Shown here piece by piece: positions 24,319 through 36,829 of a stretch of DNA of 64,000 nucleotides. The DNA lies in contig RSEE01000046.1 of the NCBI GenBank assembly GCA_003971905.1, positions 248,001-312,000 of the forward strand. Direction: 5' to 3'. Position 1 is the stretch's first letter; each line of letters opens with the position of its first letter. Source of the DNA: Moniliella sp. 'wahieum'. Its lineage: Eukaryota. The position numbers were made by a program, and so were the translations under genes. The notes beneath the pieces are model-generated. The model worked only from the letters and a program-made list of their open reading frames with translations, searched no databases and was not told where the DNA came from.

Positions 24319-26354
24319 CTACGTTCGAGGGTCATCCACGGAAGAAGCCGAGGCAGTCTGTTGCCGGTCCCACGTGGTGTGTACCCTTTGGATCAAGCCG
24401 GAGCCCAAGGTGGTTCCATCAAAGTCCCACACGGCCGCGACCTGGCCTGGTGCAACACCATGAATGACCTGGTCAAATGTGATCTGGTACCATCCTTGCT
24501 CGCGCCCTCGCCAGTCGGGTGGAAAGGCAAGGCGCTGACGGGGAGGGAGGAAACAAGACGGATGGTGCCCGAAACGGGAACTTGACAATGTCGAATTTGC
24601 GTCTGGACTCGGTGGCCGGTCGGGCTGGTGGTCGCGGCGGGCGGAGCGCCGATCCAATCAAACCGTTCTTTGGAGATGTACACTTGCTCACACAACAAAG
24701 CTGGGTGTCGGTTCCCGTCAACGACGTAGATCACTGCTTCCATTTGCTTGGTGGTTGGGTTGAGCACATGCGCTTTGCTCGCCACGTACGCCTTTTCCGG
24801 ACGGCCGGCAATCCGCGCATTCTGGCCCAACGTCAAGGTGTGAATTCCCGAATGTTCAGCCAGGACGGCACCTGTTTCCAGATGGATCATCTTACCTGGC
24901 GCCGACGCCTGAACAGGCAGGAAGTTGGCTACAAATGAGGCAAAGGGGCTGGCCAGAGAAACGCCCATGCGTGGGCCTCGGCCAAGACGAGGGCGCAAAG
25001 CGGTGGAAGCTGAGGATTCGGCCGCAGGGGGGGGGAAGTCACAATTCCTGCTAACCTTTCTGCGAGCTCGATGCGAGAGGGCACCTGGGCCGAGCTGGTC
25101 TTTTGACGTTCACCCACAAAGCACAACCCCATGCTTTCGGCCCGCTCGGCCGTCGGCAACCCCAGCTGTTTCGCCATCTTTTTAACGTCGGGCTTGCGCA
25201 TGTCCGACAAGGGGAACACAACCTAAAGCCAAGATGGATGTTAATGCTGTTCCTCGTGAACGAGTTTAGAGAGAGAGGGGGGGAGGGGAGCATACATAGC
25301 GCAACGCATCTTGGAGGACGCTGCTCATATAGTAAGTTTGGTCCTTGATTGGGTCGGAGGATCGGATCAAGCGTGGTTGGGGTTGACCAAGCGTATCGCG
25401 ATCCCAGCGTACGCCGGCGTAGTGACCAGTCGCGAGCCAGCACTTGCCCTGGGCAGCACGGTGCTCGAGGTAGGTAGGTGAGAGAGCATGGGCGGTCTGG
25501 GCCGTGCCGGACACTTTGGGGTGCCCAAACAGCTCCCGAATCAGCGCACCAAACTTGATGGACCGATTGCAGGATACGTCTGGATTGGGCGTGTGTCCCT
25601 CGCCCCACAACTCGAGGGCGGGCTCGAACACGTCAGTCCAATATTGGCGACTCAAATCGACAAAGTGGATGGGCAAGAGCGGAGAGGCAGGCGAGGTGGC
25701 GCTGGTGGCGCTCTGTGGCGGGCGTGAATCGGAGCGGAGAATGGGCTGCTGGATAGGGATGGGGGTATAGGTGGGAAACTTGCGCTGCATAGCGCGGCGC
25801 AAATAAGCCGTGACAGTTTGGACGTCCTTCCAGTCCTGCACCCACTCGCATCCATCGGCCCCACCCGACGCGCCAGGCTCAAAGTCGTCGCCTTCGTCGA
25901 GCGAGTTCCAGTTGCGCATAAAGACGACATGGACCTCGTATTTGGGCTTGCTGGGGTCAAGCGCTGAGGGCGCAAGGCAGATGCGGGCGAGGGTTGTGCT
26001 CGAGTCGACGCCACCGGACAAGGCAACGACAATGGTATCGCCCTCTTTGGGGCCGCCGAAGCGAGCCTCGAGCTCAGCGCAGGTGGCAGGCGGAACAAGG
26101 GCGGCCGGCAGAGGAGCGGGTGGGGGTGGGTGGCTGCTACGTGCAATAGGGGCAGCTGGGGCGGCAGCGGCGGCAGCGCGGTGGATGAGTGGTAGGAAAC
26201 CGCACGCCAAGACGCCGGACGAAGGCGTAGGTGGGTGCTGGGGTGGGGGATGGCGGGGGAGGAGGCGCGCTCTCCTGGCGGCGAGTGCGAGGGAGCGAGT
26301 GTGTGTGGGGCGGCGGAAACGGGGCGCGCGGGGCGAGGGCGGGGGGGGGGGCAT
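24319..26354 (-). CDS. SLM3: Mitochondrial tRNA-specific 2-thiouridylase (MnmA/Mtu1)
   Basis: SGGVDSS PP-loop, [63 protein letters not shown]. Arg-rich presequence-like N-terminus. Intron near 25223-25293. Confidence 0.95.
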
Positions 26355-26678
26355 GTCGGGCGCAGCAGCAAGGGCGGCGCCGGTGGAAGCCAAGCTGCGC
26401 GGAGGAGAACGTCGGGAGCGCCACTTTACTTTTGCGTGTGGTGCGCCCGAAGGAATTTTTGGTGGGTGGCACGCGCTGGGTGCGATTTTATTTCCAGCGC
26501 TCCCGCCAATCTCCGGCCCCGGCGCCCGAGGCGGACATTAGGCCAAGGCAAGAGGCCGCGTCGAAAAAAAAGGCGGGCAATAAAACGTCATCCGACAAGC
26601 CGCCCATCGAGGGAGAGATGGGCAGCAGCAGCACACGCGGCTCCCACCACAGCTCCGCTTTCTGCCCCCCATCGCACC

Positions 26679-27880
26679 ATGTCTGCTGCCGTTTCGCATC
26701 GCAGCAAGGCCCCGATGAGAAGATCATCCGCCGTCTGTCCCAGGTCAACAACATTATCATCGTCCTCTCTGGCAAAGGCGGTGTGGGCAAGTCGTCGGTA
26801 GCTGCGCAGCTGGCCTTGTCGTTGTCTTCCACTCCAGTTCCTGCCACGCTCTCCCGGCCGGCACAGCCCCAACCGGAAGTTTTGCCAGGTGGCGAGGCTC
26901 CTCCCCCGGACAACCAGACAACAACCTACCTCCCTCGGGTGGGCATCCTCGACGTGGACTTGACTGGTCCCTCTACGCCGCGCATGCTTGGGCTGGAAGG
27001 GTCAAGCGTCAAGCAATCGTCCGATGGATGGGTGCCCGTGTACGCGATGCATCTCAACGTCTTGCGGTAATGTCGGTCGGATTCCTGCTGAAGAGCAAGA
27101 ACGATGCGGTGATTTGGCGGGGCCGAAAAGAATGCGATGATCAAGCAGTTTTTTGGGCGACGTGCGTTGGGGCAAGCTGGACTACCTTGTGATTGATACT
27201 CCTCCTGGTATGTCGTGTCCCGTCCCCCTCCTGCTCCGATTGGGGCAGGACGTCCTGAACAGTCCTGACCCGTATTTCTTTCTGCAGGAACATCGGACGA
27301 ACACATTTCGTTGCTCGAGTACTTGCGCGTCTTCAATCCGACTGCAGTCCTGGTCACCACACCGCAAGCCGTGTCATTAGCCGACAATCTCCGCAGCCTC
27401 GATTTCACACGCAAGACGGGTCTTCCCTTACTCGGTCTGATTGAAAACATGAGCGGGTATGTCTGTCCGCACTGCAACCGAGTGCACCAACGTGTGGGGT
27501 CGGGGCGGGGGGCAAGCTCTTGCCGAAAAGGAAGGCATCCACTTTCTCGGCCGCATTCCTATTGACCCGGGCTTGGTCCGCGTCCTGGACGATGCCAAAG
27601 ACAAGCGGTCCAAATTGCCACCACCGAGTTAACGTCACTGGGGATTAACCAACCCTTGGCCGAAGGGTCGGACCTTAACGGCCCCCAAGCTCCAGTGGCT
27701 GCGGCAACAGGGCAACCAACGGGAATGGCCAACCTAGTGGGACCTTGTTGAGCCAGACCGTCCTACGCCGCTATCGTTCTTCCCAAACGTTCCCCATTTT
27801 CCAGGAGAACACGGCAAATCGTCCCGCCTCGCCCACGAGCAAGCTCACAAGTCTGAGCGGGAAGCTCATGCCACAAGTAA
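26679..27880 (+). CDS. CFD1: Cytosolic Fe-S cluster assembly P-loop NTPase Cfd1/NUBP2
   Basis: [38 protein letters not shown][intron 27208-27287]-[27 protein letters not shown]. Lacks the N-terminal four-Cys motif of Nbp35. 3' end approximate. Confidence 0.92.
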
Positions 27881-28264
27881 AACGGACGTGTGAGCAAACT
27901 ACGTCTCGCTCCGTATGCGTCTACACTCGTTGGAATAGATCTGAGGGAACTACAGGGAACTCCTACATGCGTTGCGCAGAAAGCAGGTGCGGTTGATTGC
28001 ACAGTGCACATAATTTTTGGGGAGCACAAGCTTGGCGGATCAGGCATGTACACAGGTGACTGAATAGAGAATCCAACCCTCCAGCAGTGCGGCTCAAGTC
28101 CATGGAAGAGAGCATACGGTGCACAGGTTTGCCGTGCAAAAGGCTCTGAACGACCAAACCGAAGGATCAGGGCGAGGACAACAACCTGCAGCACGGCAAT
28201 AGGAAAACAGGAGTGTTACGCCTGGCAAGCTGTTCCAACCCGGGGGAGAGAAGTGCACCACACC

Positions 28265-28720
28265 TTACGCATCCGAAAGCTCGCGCAGACGGCGGATGGT
28301 GCTGCGGACGGTAGCAGCAGCCGTGGTGGAGAGAGCCCAGGCACCACCCGCGACCTGCTTCTTGCAAGCACGGCAGTCCCAGATGCCGACCGCGCGCCTC
28401 TTGACAGCGTCCTTGCCGCAAAACGCGCACGTGTACCGCGCGTGCTGGGAGATCTCAATCTTCTTGACCTGCCGACGCAAGGTGGAACCGTAGCGGGTAC
28501 CGTACTTGCCGGTAATGCCAACCTTCGTGGTACGCTTGGACTACGGTGGAAAAAAGAGGCAAGGTCAGTTGGTCGTGTCGCGCTGTGCGGATGGGCAGGG
28601 TGCCAAAGGGGCCTGTGCGACAGCAACTCTTGCAGAGACAAAGATTGCCCCCGAGGACAATGAACAACCCCAAACCAGCAAGGCCATGCTCCGGCGGGTG
28701 CCAGAGAAGCGACATACCAT
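28265..28720 (-). CDS. RPL43: 60S ribosomal protein eL43 (L37a)
   Basis: ATG at 28720-28718, intron 28717-28541 (GTATGT..CTGAC..TAG), then [66 protein letters not shown]. Confidence 0.97.
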
Positions 28721-29046
28721 ATCGAGAACGGGCGATCAAGTTGTTGTCGGGCGTCAGGATAAGCGTGGTGAGCGATGGACAACGGGCGGGTAGCGAAGCC
28801 AGCGGATAGGGTTGCGGCGGCGCAATAAAAATATTTTAACAGGGTGTGTCACGCTGCCTCCCCACCTGTGTCGCCCTCCAGGTAGGATCATTAATCAGTA
28901 CTCAGTCCCATTAATCGGTAGTCAGTGTAGCCAGGCCTTCTGGGACGCTGAAAGGTGAAATGTATCTGCCACTCCCCGATTGACTAACGACTGTAAGGTT
29001 ATGGGTTCCCTGGGCTTTTTCGCTAGGCCCAAAACAAAAAAAGGTT

Positions 29047-29129
29047 GGGGTACACCCGGGATTGAACCGAGGACCTCCTCTATGATTGGGTGATCCCAAA
29101 GAGGCATGATACCACTACACCATGTACCA
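29047..29129 (-). tRNA. tRNA-Pro with a short intron (anticodon reads GGG as given; probably UGG)
   Basis: GGTACA/TGTACC acceptor stem, A-box TGGTGTAGTGG, anticodon stem CCTCT/AGAGG interrupted by about 11 nt, T-arm CTCGG-TTCAATC-CCGGG, downstream T-run Pol III terminator. Confidence 0.9.
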
Positions 29130-29636
29130 CAGATGTCTGTGTTCCCAATACATAGAAGTACAAGTGGGGACATGGGCATCTATCCGCGCCGCGTCGTATT
29201 TGAAACGGGCAGTGACATGCTAGTGACATGGCCCTCCAATTTCCAATCCCATGCTGTCCCACACCTTCCTCTTCGTTCCTTCTCGCTCGGACTCCTGCCC
29301 GACAATGGCCGAACTGCTGAACTCTGCGGGTACGCACGCACATTTGGACCGGCCACTCCTTCGGTGTATGGCGCGTTGACGACCGAAGCGGCAGGCGAAG
29401 CGGCAGAAGCCCAAGATCATTCAGATCAAGCGTCACAGTGACGCGTCAAGCCACGGTTGTAAGCACGGACATAGTGTAGGTGACTTGCATCGAGCATCCT
29501 GCGTCCTGCATCATCGATCACATATCTGATCAATCGATGATCCTTTGGTATTGGACCTTCTTTGTGACATGTGATCGTGAGCGGTTCGCCTGCCTCCCAC
29601 CACCAGCTGGCCACCTGCTGCACTGTCTAGCCCACC

Positions 29637-30890
29637 ATGGTCGACGCTCAGCTTACTCCGGTGTCCTCGCAGCGTGCGCCGCAGCTGCTAACGATCGGCA
29701 TGGGCGCGCTCGGGGTGCTGTACAGTTTCATCCTGTCCCGTGGGGGGTGGAAGTGTCGAGCGTAGCGCGGAGCAATTATGCCCACTTGGCCTCTACGGGC
29801 GGGGGTGTGGATGTGGACAGTGCGCTGTTTGGCAAGACGGCGGGGTGGAAGCCATCGCGAGCGTTTAGTTCGTTGAGTGAGGCTGCGGACCGGACGTACG
29901 ACTATGTGTTGGTGACGGCCAAGTGTACGCCGGATGTGGCGCCGTTGTCGACGCTGATTCGGGATGCGTTGCGTCGGCCCGCAGCCACGAGACGGCACCT
30001 ACGATTGTCCTGATTCAAAATGGGATTGGGATTGAGGAGGAGGTGCACAAGTCGCTTGTCCTACCTGGCTTGGCATCCAACATCATCTCCTGCACTGCCT
30101 GGGTCGGGTCCAACTTGCTCGATGGCGGACGCAAGATTGAGCATGGCAAGTTGGAGCGACTGGACATGGGACTCTACCCTGCCTTGCCCTTGGACCAAGT
30201 GCCCGAATCAGCGCCAGAACGCGCATCGTTTCATCGCTTTGTTGAGTTGTACCGCGCCGGCGGGGGCAACGCGGTGCCCGTACTCGATATCCAGCCGCTG
30301 CGATGGAAAAAGGTGTTGTGGAATGCAGCGTGGGGGGGCTGTGTGCTGTACGGTACGTTGGGCTTGGCTTGCCGGTGCAAGCGTAGTGGGTGTTTGGAGG
30401 GCGGAGCGAGTGGAACGGTACTGACGCGGCCACTTGGTCTCGTTTGGTTCGGTGCGGCCAGCTCGCCAACCGGTGTACAGCCTGTTGCAAGATTCGTGTT
30501 TGGACGGGACGATCAGCTGGTGCGGGGCCTGATGGAGGAGATTGTGTTGATTGCGCGTGCGTGTGGGATTGGGGCAGAAGAGTATCCTGACTCGAGCGTG
30601 GATACGGCGATGAATGTGACGCTGAAGGATGCGCCTCGGTTCCAACGCGAGCGCAGGCACGTGGAGAAGAGTGGTGAGCAACCTTTCGCCACAGTTCAAG
30701 CCATCGATCTTGATTGATCTCGAGAACCAACGTCCAATGGAGTTTGTTCCCATCCTCGACTCGCTCTAACTCGTGCTCGCCTGCACAATCTGTCCACCCC
30801 TCGTCTCGACTTTGTCTGTTCCTCGCTGCGACCGATTCAGCAAGCTTTGGTCGACAAGGCCAAGGCGCAGCAAAAGTGAGTGGGTTACAG
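29637..30890 (+). CDS. Ketopantoate reductase (PanE/ApbA) family oxidoreductase
   Basis: IGMGALG Rossmann motif, VARSNY, YDYVLVTAK, IVLIQNGIGIEE, RWKKVLWNA, LMEEIVLIARA, FKPSILIDLENQRPME. 3' end approximate. Confidence 0.88.
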
Positions 30891-30971
30891 TCATGTCCTA
30901 CCTCGTCAATCCCAATTAATTGTCCCGCTCTTATGCACGGGATTGCTGAGGGAAATGGTCGATGGATATGC

Positions 30972-31002
<31 letters not shown>

Positions 31003-32291
31003 CGACAAAGGAAGCAGGAAACAACGGGTCATTCTTTGCTGGGCTATAAATGAAGAACCGGTTCTCGCGCTCGTCTCGCCCGTCCAAAGACGCCTGATTC
31101 GGTTCTGCCTTGCGTTTCTCGTTTGTCGTTCTTCGATCTTCCCATCTGCCTGCTCTACTTGGGATGGAGACCGAGGGCGCCGGGCGGCGTGGTTAGTAGC
31201 GAAGGGCGAAGAGCCCGAGGAGCTGGCAGGATACATGTCAGGGTGATCAGGGTGTGGGGGTGTATCGAGTGTGGGCCACTGACGATCGGGGGGGGGGGGG
31301 GGAAAGGTACGAGCTGGGGCGAGCCAGGCGAGGGACGCGGTGGAGCAGGCCAGGCCAGCGATGCTGGCGGCGAGGCACAGGGGCAGTTTCGTCTCGCAGC
31401 TCGCGTCGGCAGCTGGCATGGCTGGCGCCGTGCGGGGCGCCGCCGTCAGGGTGGTGGCGGCGGGTGGGGGTGGGCGGTGCAGTGCCGCGGGGTGCCTGGC
31501 TTCCCAGCAGTGTTCCCACTGGGGTCGAGGTACGACGGCTGCGACGTCAGCACGTCAACCTCTGTCACATGTCAGCAATTGAACTCGAACCCAAATATAA
31601 GCAACTCGAGCAGCCCTCCTCCATCAGGGCCTTTAGCCTCCACACGTACGTCACACGCGGCACGTACCGTCTGTCTGCCTTGGCGTATCTTCACAGTACT
31701 GTACCCGAGCCTCCCCTGTCTTTGGGGTGCCCCCTCGATCCTCGTCATCGCCTCTGTGGCGGTCATCAGATCTCAGACCGCCGTCGCAATCAGCGTCAGC
31801 AACGCCGATCAGAGCTCCCCCAAACTCAGGACTCCGTTACTCTGGAGTCCTCAGGGGACACATCCGTGCCTCAGGCCGCAGCGCCCCTCATGCACACACT
31901 CGTCTTCAAGCTCCAGCCTCATATTCATAGTGCTACGTCGGGGCATATCTCGGTAACCGCTAACTCCCAGTTGTAGTACTCAGTGCTCCCACGCACCTGT
32001 TCAACGTACTCAGCATCCGTGGATCATCGATCAGGCACTCGGTGCTCGAGCGCTCCAACATACTCAGGCACTGAGCACAGTCGTTTACGCGGTACTCACC
32101 CGATGACACCTTTTCGAGCGGTAGTGTAGTTGGCCACCCCCAGACCCCCCCCGCCCAGCAGCAGTGTCGCCGACACCGCCCGCCTGCCTACGCCACACCT
32201 GCCATCCTCTTGCATGTTGGCATGTGCCCGCTGGCAACCACCCCCTTGTCTTTGCTCCCACCACTGCCTCCCCCCCACCCCCGCGCTCTCC

Positions 32292-35200
32292 ATGGCGTCG
32301 GTCGCCACGCTGGGCGCGCCGTGGCAGGCCCGTCCGCCGCCCCACTCTGCCCGCCGCAAACGCACCCGCACCCGCCGCCCTCTTTGCTGGGCTAGCCAGC
32401 TGTCTGGCCTTTACGGGTCTAAGCAACCTCTGTCGCGTGCCCTCCCTCGCATCCACCACCGGGTCCACCGCCCACAGCACCCGCTCTCGCCCTCTGCTCC
32501 GTCGCTCCTTCCCTCCGCTCCGTTCGCTCCGCCCCGCTCCTCCCGCTCTCGCCGCGCTGCGCGCCACGACCCGCGCACGCGCACGCCATACTGCGCTCCG
32601 TCTCGGTGCTCGCAACAAACCCTTACCGCCCTTGCCGGCTGGCACGCCTGGGACGGCAGCTCGGTTTGCACAGCTGTTCCCGCCGTATCCGTATCCGGCG
32701 ACGCCGCCCACATTGCCTGGATCCGCTGGACAGGCATCGGTGCCCCCCTACCGACAGGGCCGATACGATCTACGTGGGCTCCTCTCTGCTGATCTTCCCC
32801 CGATTCAGCAAGAGCCCGGGACGTGTGGTAGTGGCAGATCTGGATGCCGGAGCGTTTTCGCACCCGTACATTTCCTTGGATCTCGTCCAGGGGTGGCACG
32901 TGGCGCGTTCTCCCGACGACCAGCCGCGCCAACTGCACCCACCACACCTACAATCACAAACTTTCCTTATCCGAGCAGTCTCGACGCCCAATGCACAGGA
33001 ACCTCGTCGACCGATCCCGCCCCCACCTCCCCGCCACACAACCACCCCCTCGCGTTTCTCGCCCCCCCACAGGGTCATAACGCCTTGCTCCCCATGCATC
33101 TAGCTCCACCCTCCCTCCTCTGCCGTACATTAACAAGAAGCATCGGCGACTCACCTTCGCGTTCGTCTCAGCCTTCTCGCATCCCGCCCGACCCCTCTCA
33201 GACCCTCTCTCAGACCCGCTCTCGGACCCGCTTTCGGACGAGAGGAGACGACCAAGATCATGCACGCGACCAAGTAACTCGGTACTCGATTTCGGCAGCG
33301 CCCGCTCCGCTCTCCCCATCTCCTCCGAACCCGAGCCTGCGACCGAGGCCGAGGCCGAAACCGAGACCGAAACGGAACCCGAGACCGAGACAGCGCAACT
33401 TGCCCATGACGCATCAAGTGCATCCAAGGACGTGGCTGGTCCAACGCGGCATCCCGATGTCCTGCCATCTGCCTCTTCTGCCCCCTCTGCCCCTTCTGCA
33501 TCTACATTCTCTCCACACCCGTCCGCCTGGCCTGCTACTGCGCGCCGCATCAAGCTCATCTTGCGCTGCCGCGCGCGGACCAGCACCAGTCCAGGTGAGA
33601 CGGTGGTGATGCGGCCGGCGTCCTCATCGCATGCACGCACGGTTTCCGCGCCGGAAGTGTCGGCCGGTGGGGGGGGAATGGATTGGGTGGAAACGCTGGA
33701 TTCGCAAGCGGGCGAGATCCCACTTAGTGCGCTGGGCACCCCGATACAGTGTTGGGTCGCATGCTGAGTTTGACGCGCGACCGTCGTAGGGCTAGGTCTG
33801 CCGGGGGGGCGGGCACGGCCACGGGCACGGCCACGGGCACGGGTGCGCGTGTGCGTATCGATCCCAATCCAGATTCCGATCCCAACTCCAATCCCGATCC
33901 CGATCCCAATCCCAGTCCCGAGATGGATTCTGATTCTGACTCGGTACGGAAGAGCGGGTTGGGACGCGGGGCCACACGCCTGCTTCCGTCCTTTCTGGGG
34001 AGATAGGAGAGAAACAAGAGGAAAAGGAAGGGGAAGGGGAAGAGGAAGAGGAAGAGGAGATCACTACGATTTCTTCACCCCTATTTTCGTACGTTGGTGC
34101 GCCTATATCTTCTTCTTCTTCTTCTTCGTACCATGGGCACCATCCACGGTCGGGGAGTAGCGTTTCTACTTCCGTTTCCACTGCCGTTTCCACCGCCGTT
34201 TCCACTGCCGTACCGAGTAGTAGCGTGGCGAGGGAGGGGGGAGGAAGTAGGGTCGGTAGGCACGCGCCTCCGTTCCAGTTCGTCCCTCCGCTCGTCCGCG
34301 TTCGCTTGGCCTGACCTGGCTGAGGCCGAAGCTGGGGCCGAAGCTGGGGCTGAAGCTGAAGCCGAAACTGGGGCAGCTGAAGCCGAAACTGGGGCTCAAC
34401 GGGGCGCTACCGCAAGCTCTACCCTTTCTCCTTCGACCGAGCCTATACCGACCGTAACCTTGCCTGCCAAGGCCAACCAGCGCGGCCGAGCCGAACCGCA
34501 AGTAGAAAGTGCGCCTGCCAACCGTTCCCTGTCGCACACCTGGCCGCGTCGAAGCGAAGTGAGTGCTCGGTTGCGGCTCGGCCCGGGTTCGTCCGATGCT
34601 ACCCCTACCCCTACCCTACCACTACCACTACGTCCACGTCTACTGCTACACCCCACACCTACGCCTTCACCTTGGCTCCGGACGTCTGTTCGGCCTCCGT
34701 CGCGGCCTGGACCGACAAGTTGGGCGGGAAGAACGTGGTCAAGAGCGGTAGAGACCCGAATGGGTGGCCAAGGTAGTGATGGTGGGGAGGGTAGGGTGGC
34801 AGGCCCAGGCCCACTCCAGTGTGCCCGGTGTGGTACGACCACGACGAGCAACGAAGAGGGTTGGAGGGCGGGCATCGCCTTCTTCCGCTCGACGGTACTT
34901 GCGCTACTGGACCTGCTGGACCAACAAACCCGGGCAGTGGAGACGATGCAAGCGACGTATGCTCATGCGCACCAGGTGCAAGCGGAGCAACTACGGCAGA
35001 GCCAAGCGACCGTCGCGGGGGTACGTGCGCAGCTGGACCAGCTCACACGGCCCAAACGCAGTACGTGCCGAGGCTGCCGCGCAGGCCCGCACGCTCGCTG
35101 GAGTCCAACGTGAATTGGACCAGGCGCGGACGAGGCGGTGCGAGCGCGGGCTGAAACGTTGGAAATCAAGGCGCGCCTACACGAGCTCGGGGGCCAGCAA

Positions 35201-35810
35201 CAACAGCAGCAACAACAGCAGCAGCAGCCGCAACCGCAACCGCTGCAGGAGATCCAGGACGTACTGGGACGGGAGACGGCACGTTCTGATTCGGTGGGAC
35301 GACAAGGGACACGCTTGGTCTCCCTGGACCGTCTGCACACGAAGAGGCGCCAGTGGGACCGAGGAAACGCAGCGCGAGGAGGATACGAGCGCGGTACCTC
35401 CCGAGCTTGATCAGGTGGAAGCGGAAGACCCGCTTGCGGAGACGGGAGACCGAAGTGCCCCCAGCCAAGGCGGGGAGCGGGCGCACACGCACGCGCCTGA
35501 ACCGGCGCGCAATCGTCTGATGTGGCAGGTCTCGCACCAGGGCCAGGGACGTCAATGTGTCATGGCCGGGTGCGAGGAAGCGGTCCCTACGCTGACGCGG
35601 ATCTGCGCAGGCGAAGGAAGGCGAATCGAGGCTCACAGGATCTCCCGTGGGCGGTGTACGTGGCGTACGTGGCACACCTACTTCAGAGGCAGCAGCAGCA
35701 GGGGAGCTGGGGAAAAGCGGTACGTTGTTGGGGCGCTCTGGCGACGAACATGGTTCGTGGTCGCGTCGATCGGGATCGCTTGGGCGACGGGTGCGGAGCA
35801 AACGTTACAG
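32292..35810 (+). CDS. Hypothetical low-complexity protein with a C-terminal Gln-rich coiled-coil segment
   Basis: Chain of long plus-strand ORFs. Helical stretch FFRSTVLALLDLLDQQTRAVETMQATYAHAHQVQAEQLRQSQATVAGVRAQLDQ and poly-Q at about 35195-35240. No family recognised; boundaries uncertain. Confidence 0.4.
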
Positions 35811-36829
35811 TGACCTAGTGAGCACTGCGATTCCATTGTGCTCGGTGCCCAGGGCGGGCACAACAGGCGCAATCCCAGAGGAAGGAAGGCTCGCTGGTTC
35901 CCTACCGCCCTGGCAGCCCGAGGGAGCCGACGTATCATCCGCGCAACAGCAGCACACACACGTACCTCTTTCCACTCTGGGCGGAGGGGAGGACCTGGGC
36001 CGAGACCTGGACCTAGGCGGTGTTGGGGAAGACCGGCACATCTCCATGTGCTTCGACACCGAAAGGATCGGAACAGGAGAGGTCACCCGGTTGGCCGCCC
36101 GTGTCAGCTGTTCGGATGGGATCCCGTCCTGTTGCTCTGCTGCCCGCCCAGAGTGTTGGTCTCTACTTCCCCCTGACGGATGGTCATGCTGAGCTGCCAA
36201 CAAGGACGCCGTAGCGCCTTTCAGCCTACTGTGCCATATGCCGAGAGCGCAGTCTGGGCCCTAGGTTTTTTCTGCTTCTTTCTGGGTTTCCTGGGGCTTG
36301 GTACCGGCGCCTACTAACACCTGCGTTGGACCTGGCATGCCCACTCGTTGTTTTCCCTTTTTCTGCTGTTCCCGCGGTGCTGCCTGGGGCCCGCTCCATC
36401 GCTGGCGCTTGGTTAGGAAGGTGGCCGGCCCACGTTCTTGGTGTGCGCACATAGCACTGGACACTCGGTCCTCGATACATGTCCTCCTTCGTTTGTTTCC
36501 CCTGCGCTCGCATCTTGGGCGTGTGCTGCGCCTGGTGGGGGCTCTGCTGTGTGGAATAGCCAATGCGTATGTTGAGTCGTTTGTGAGGGGCTGAAAAGGA
36601 ATGGACGCTTGAGACGTAAGAATTGAGATTTGAGAGACGGGGCGGGGGCACGGGGGCAGTGGGGGGGGGGCGTAGGCGCAGAGACTAGGCCGAGGTTAGG
36701 CGGCGCTTCGTCCGAGGTGCGCCTGGACGCGCGACGGGCGACGGCGACGGCCAGGGGGCGGGCGGGGGTGGCGGCGGGTGGCGGCGGGCGGAGGCTGTGC
36801 GCCGCTTGGCTCTGCTCCGTCGCCCGCGT

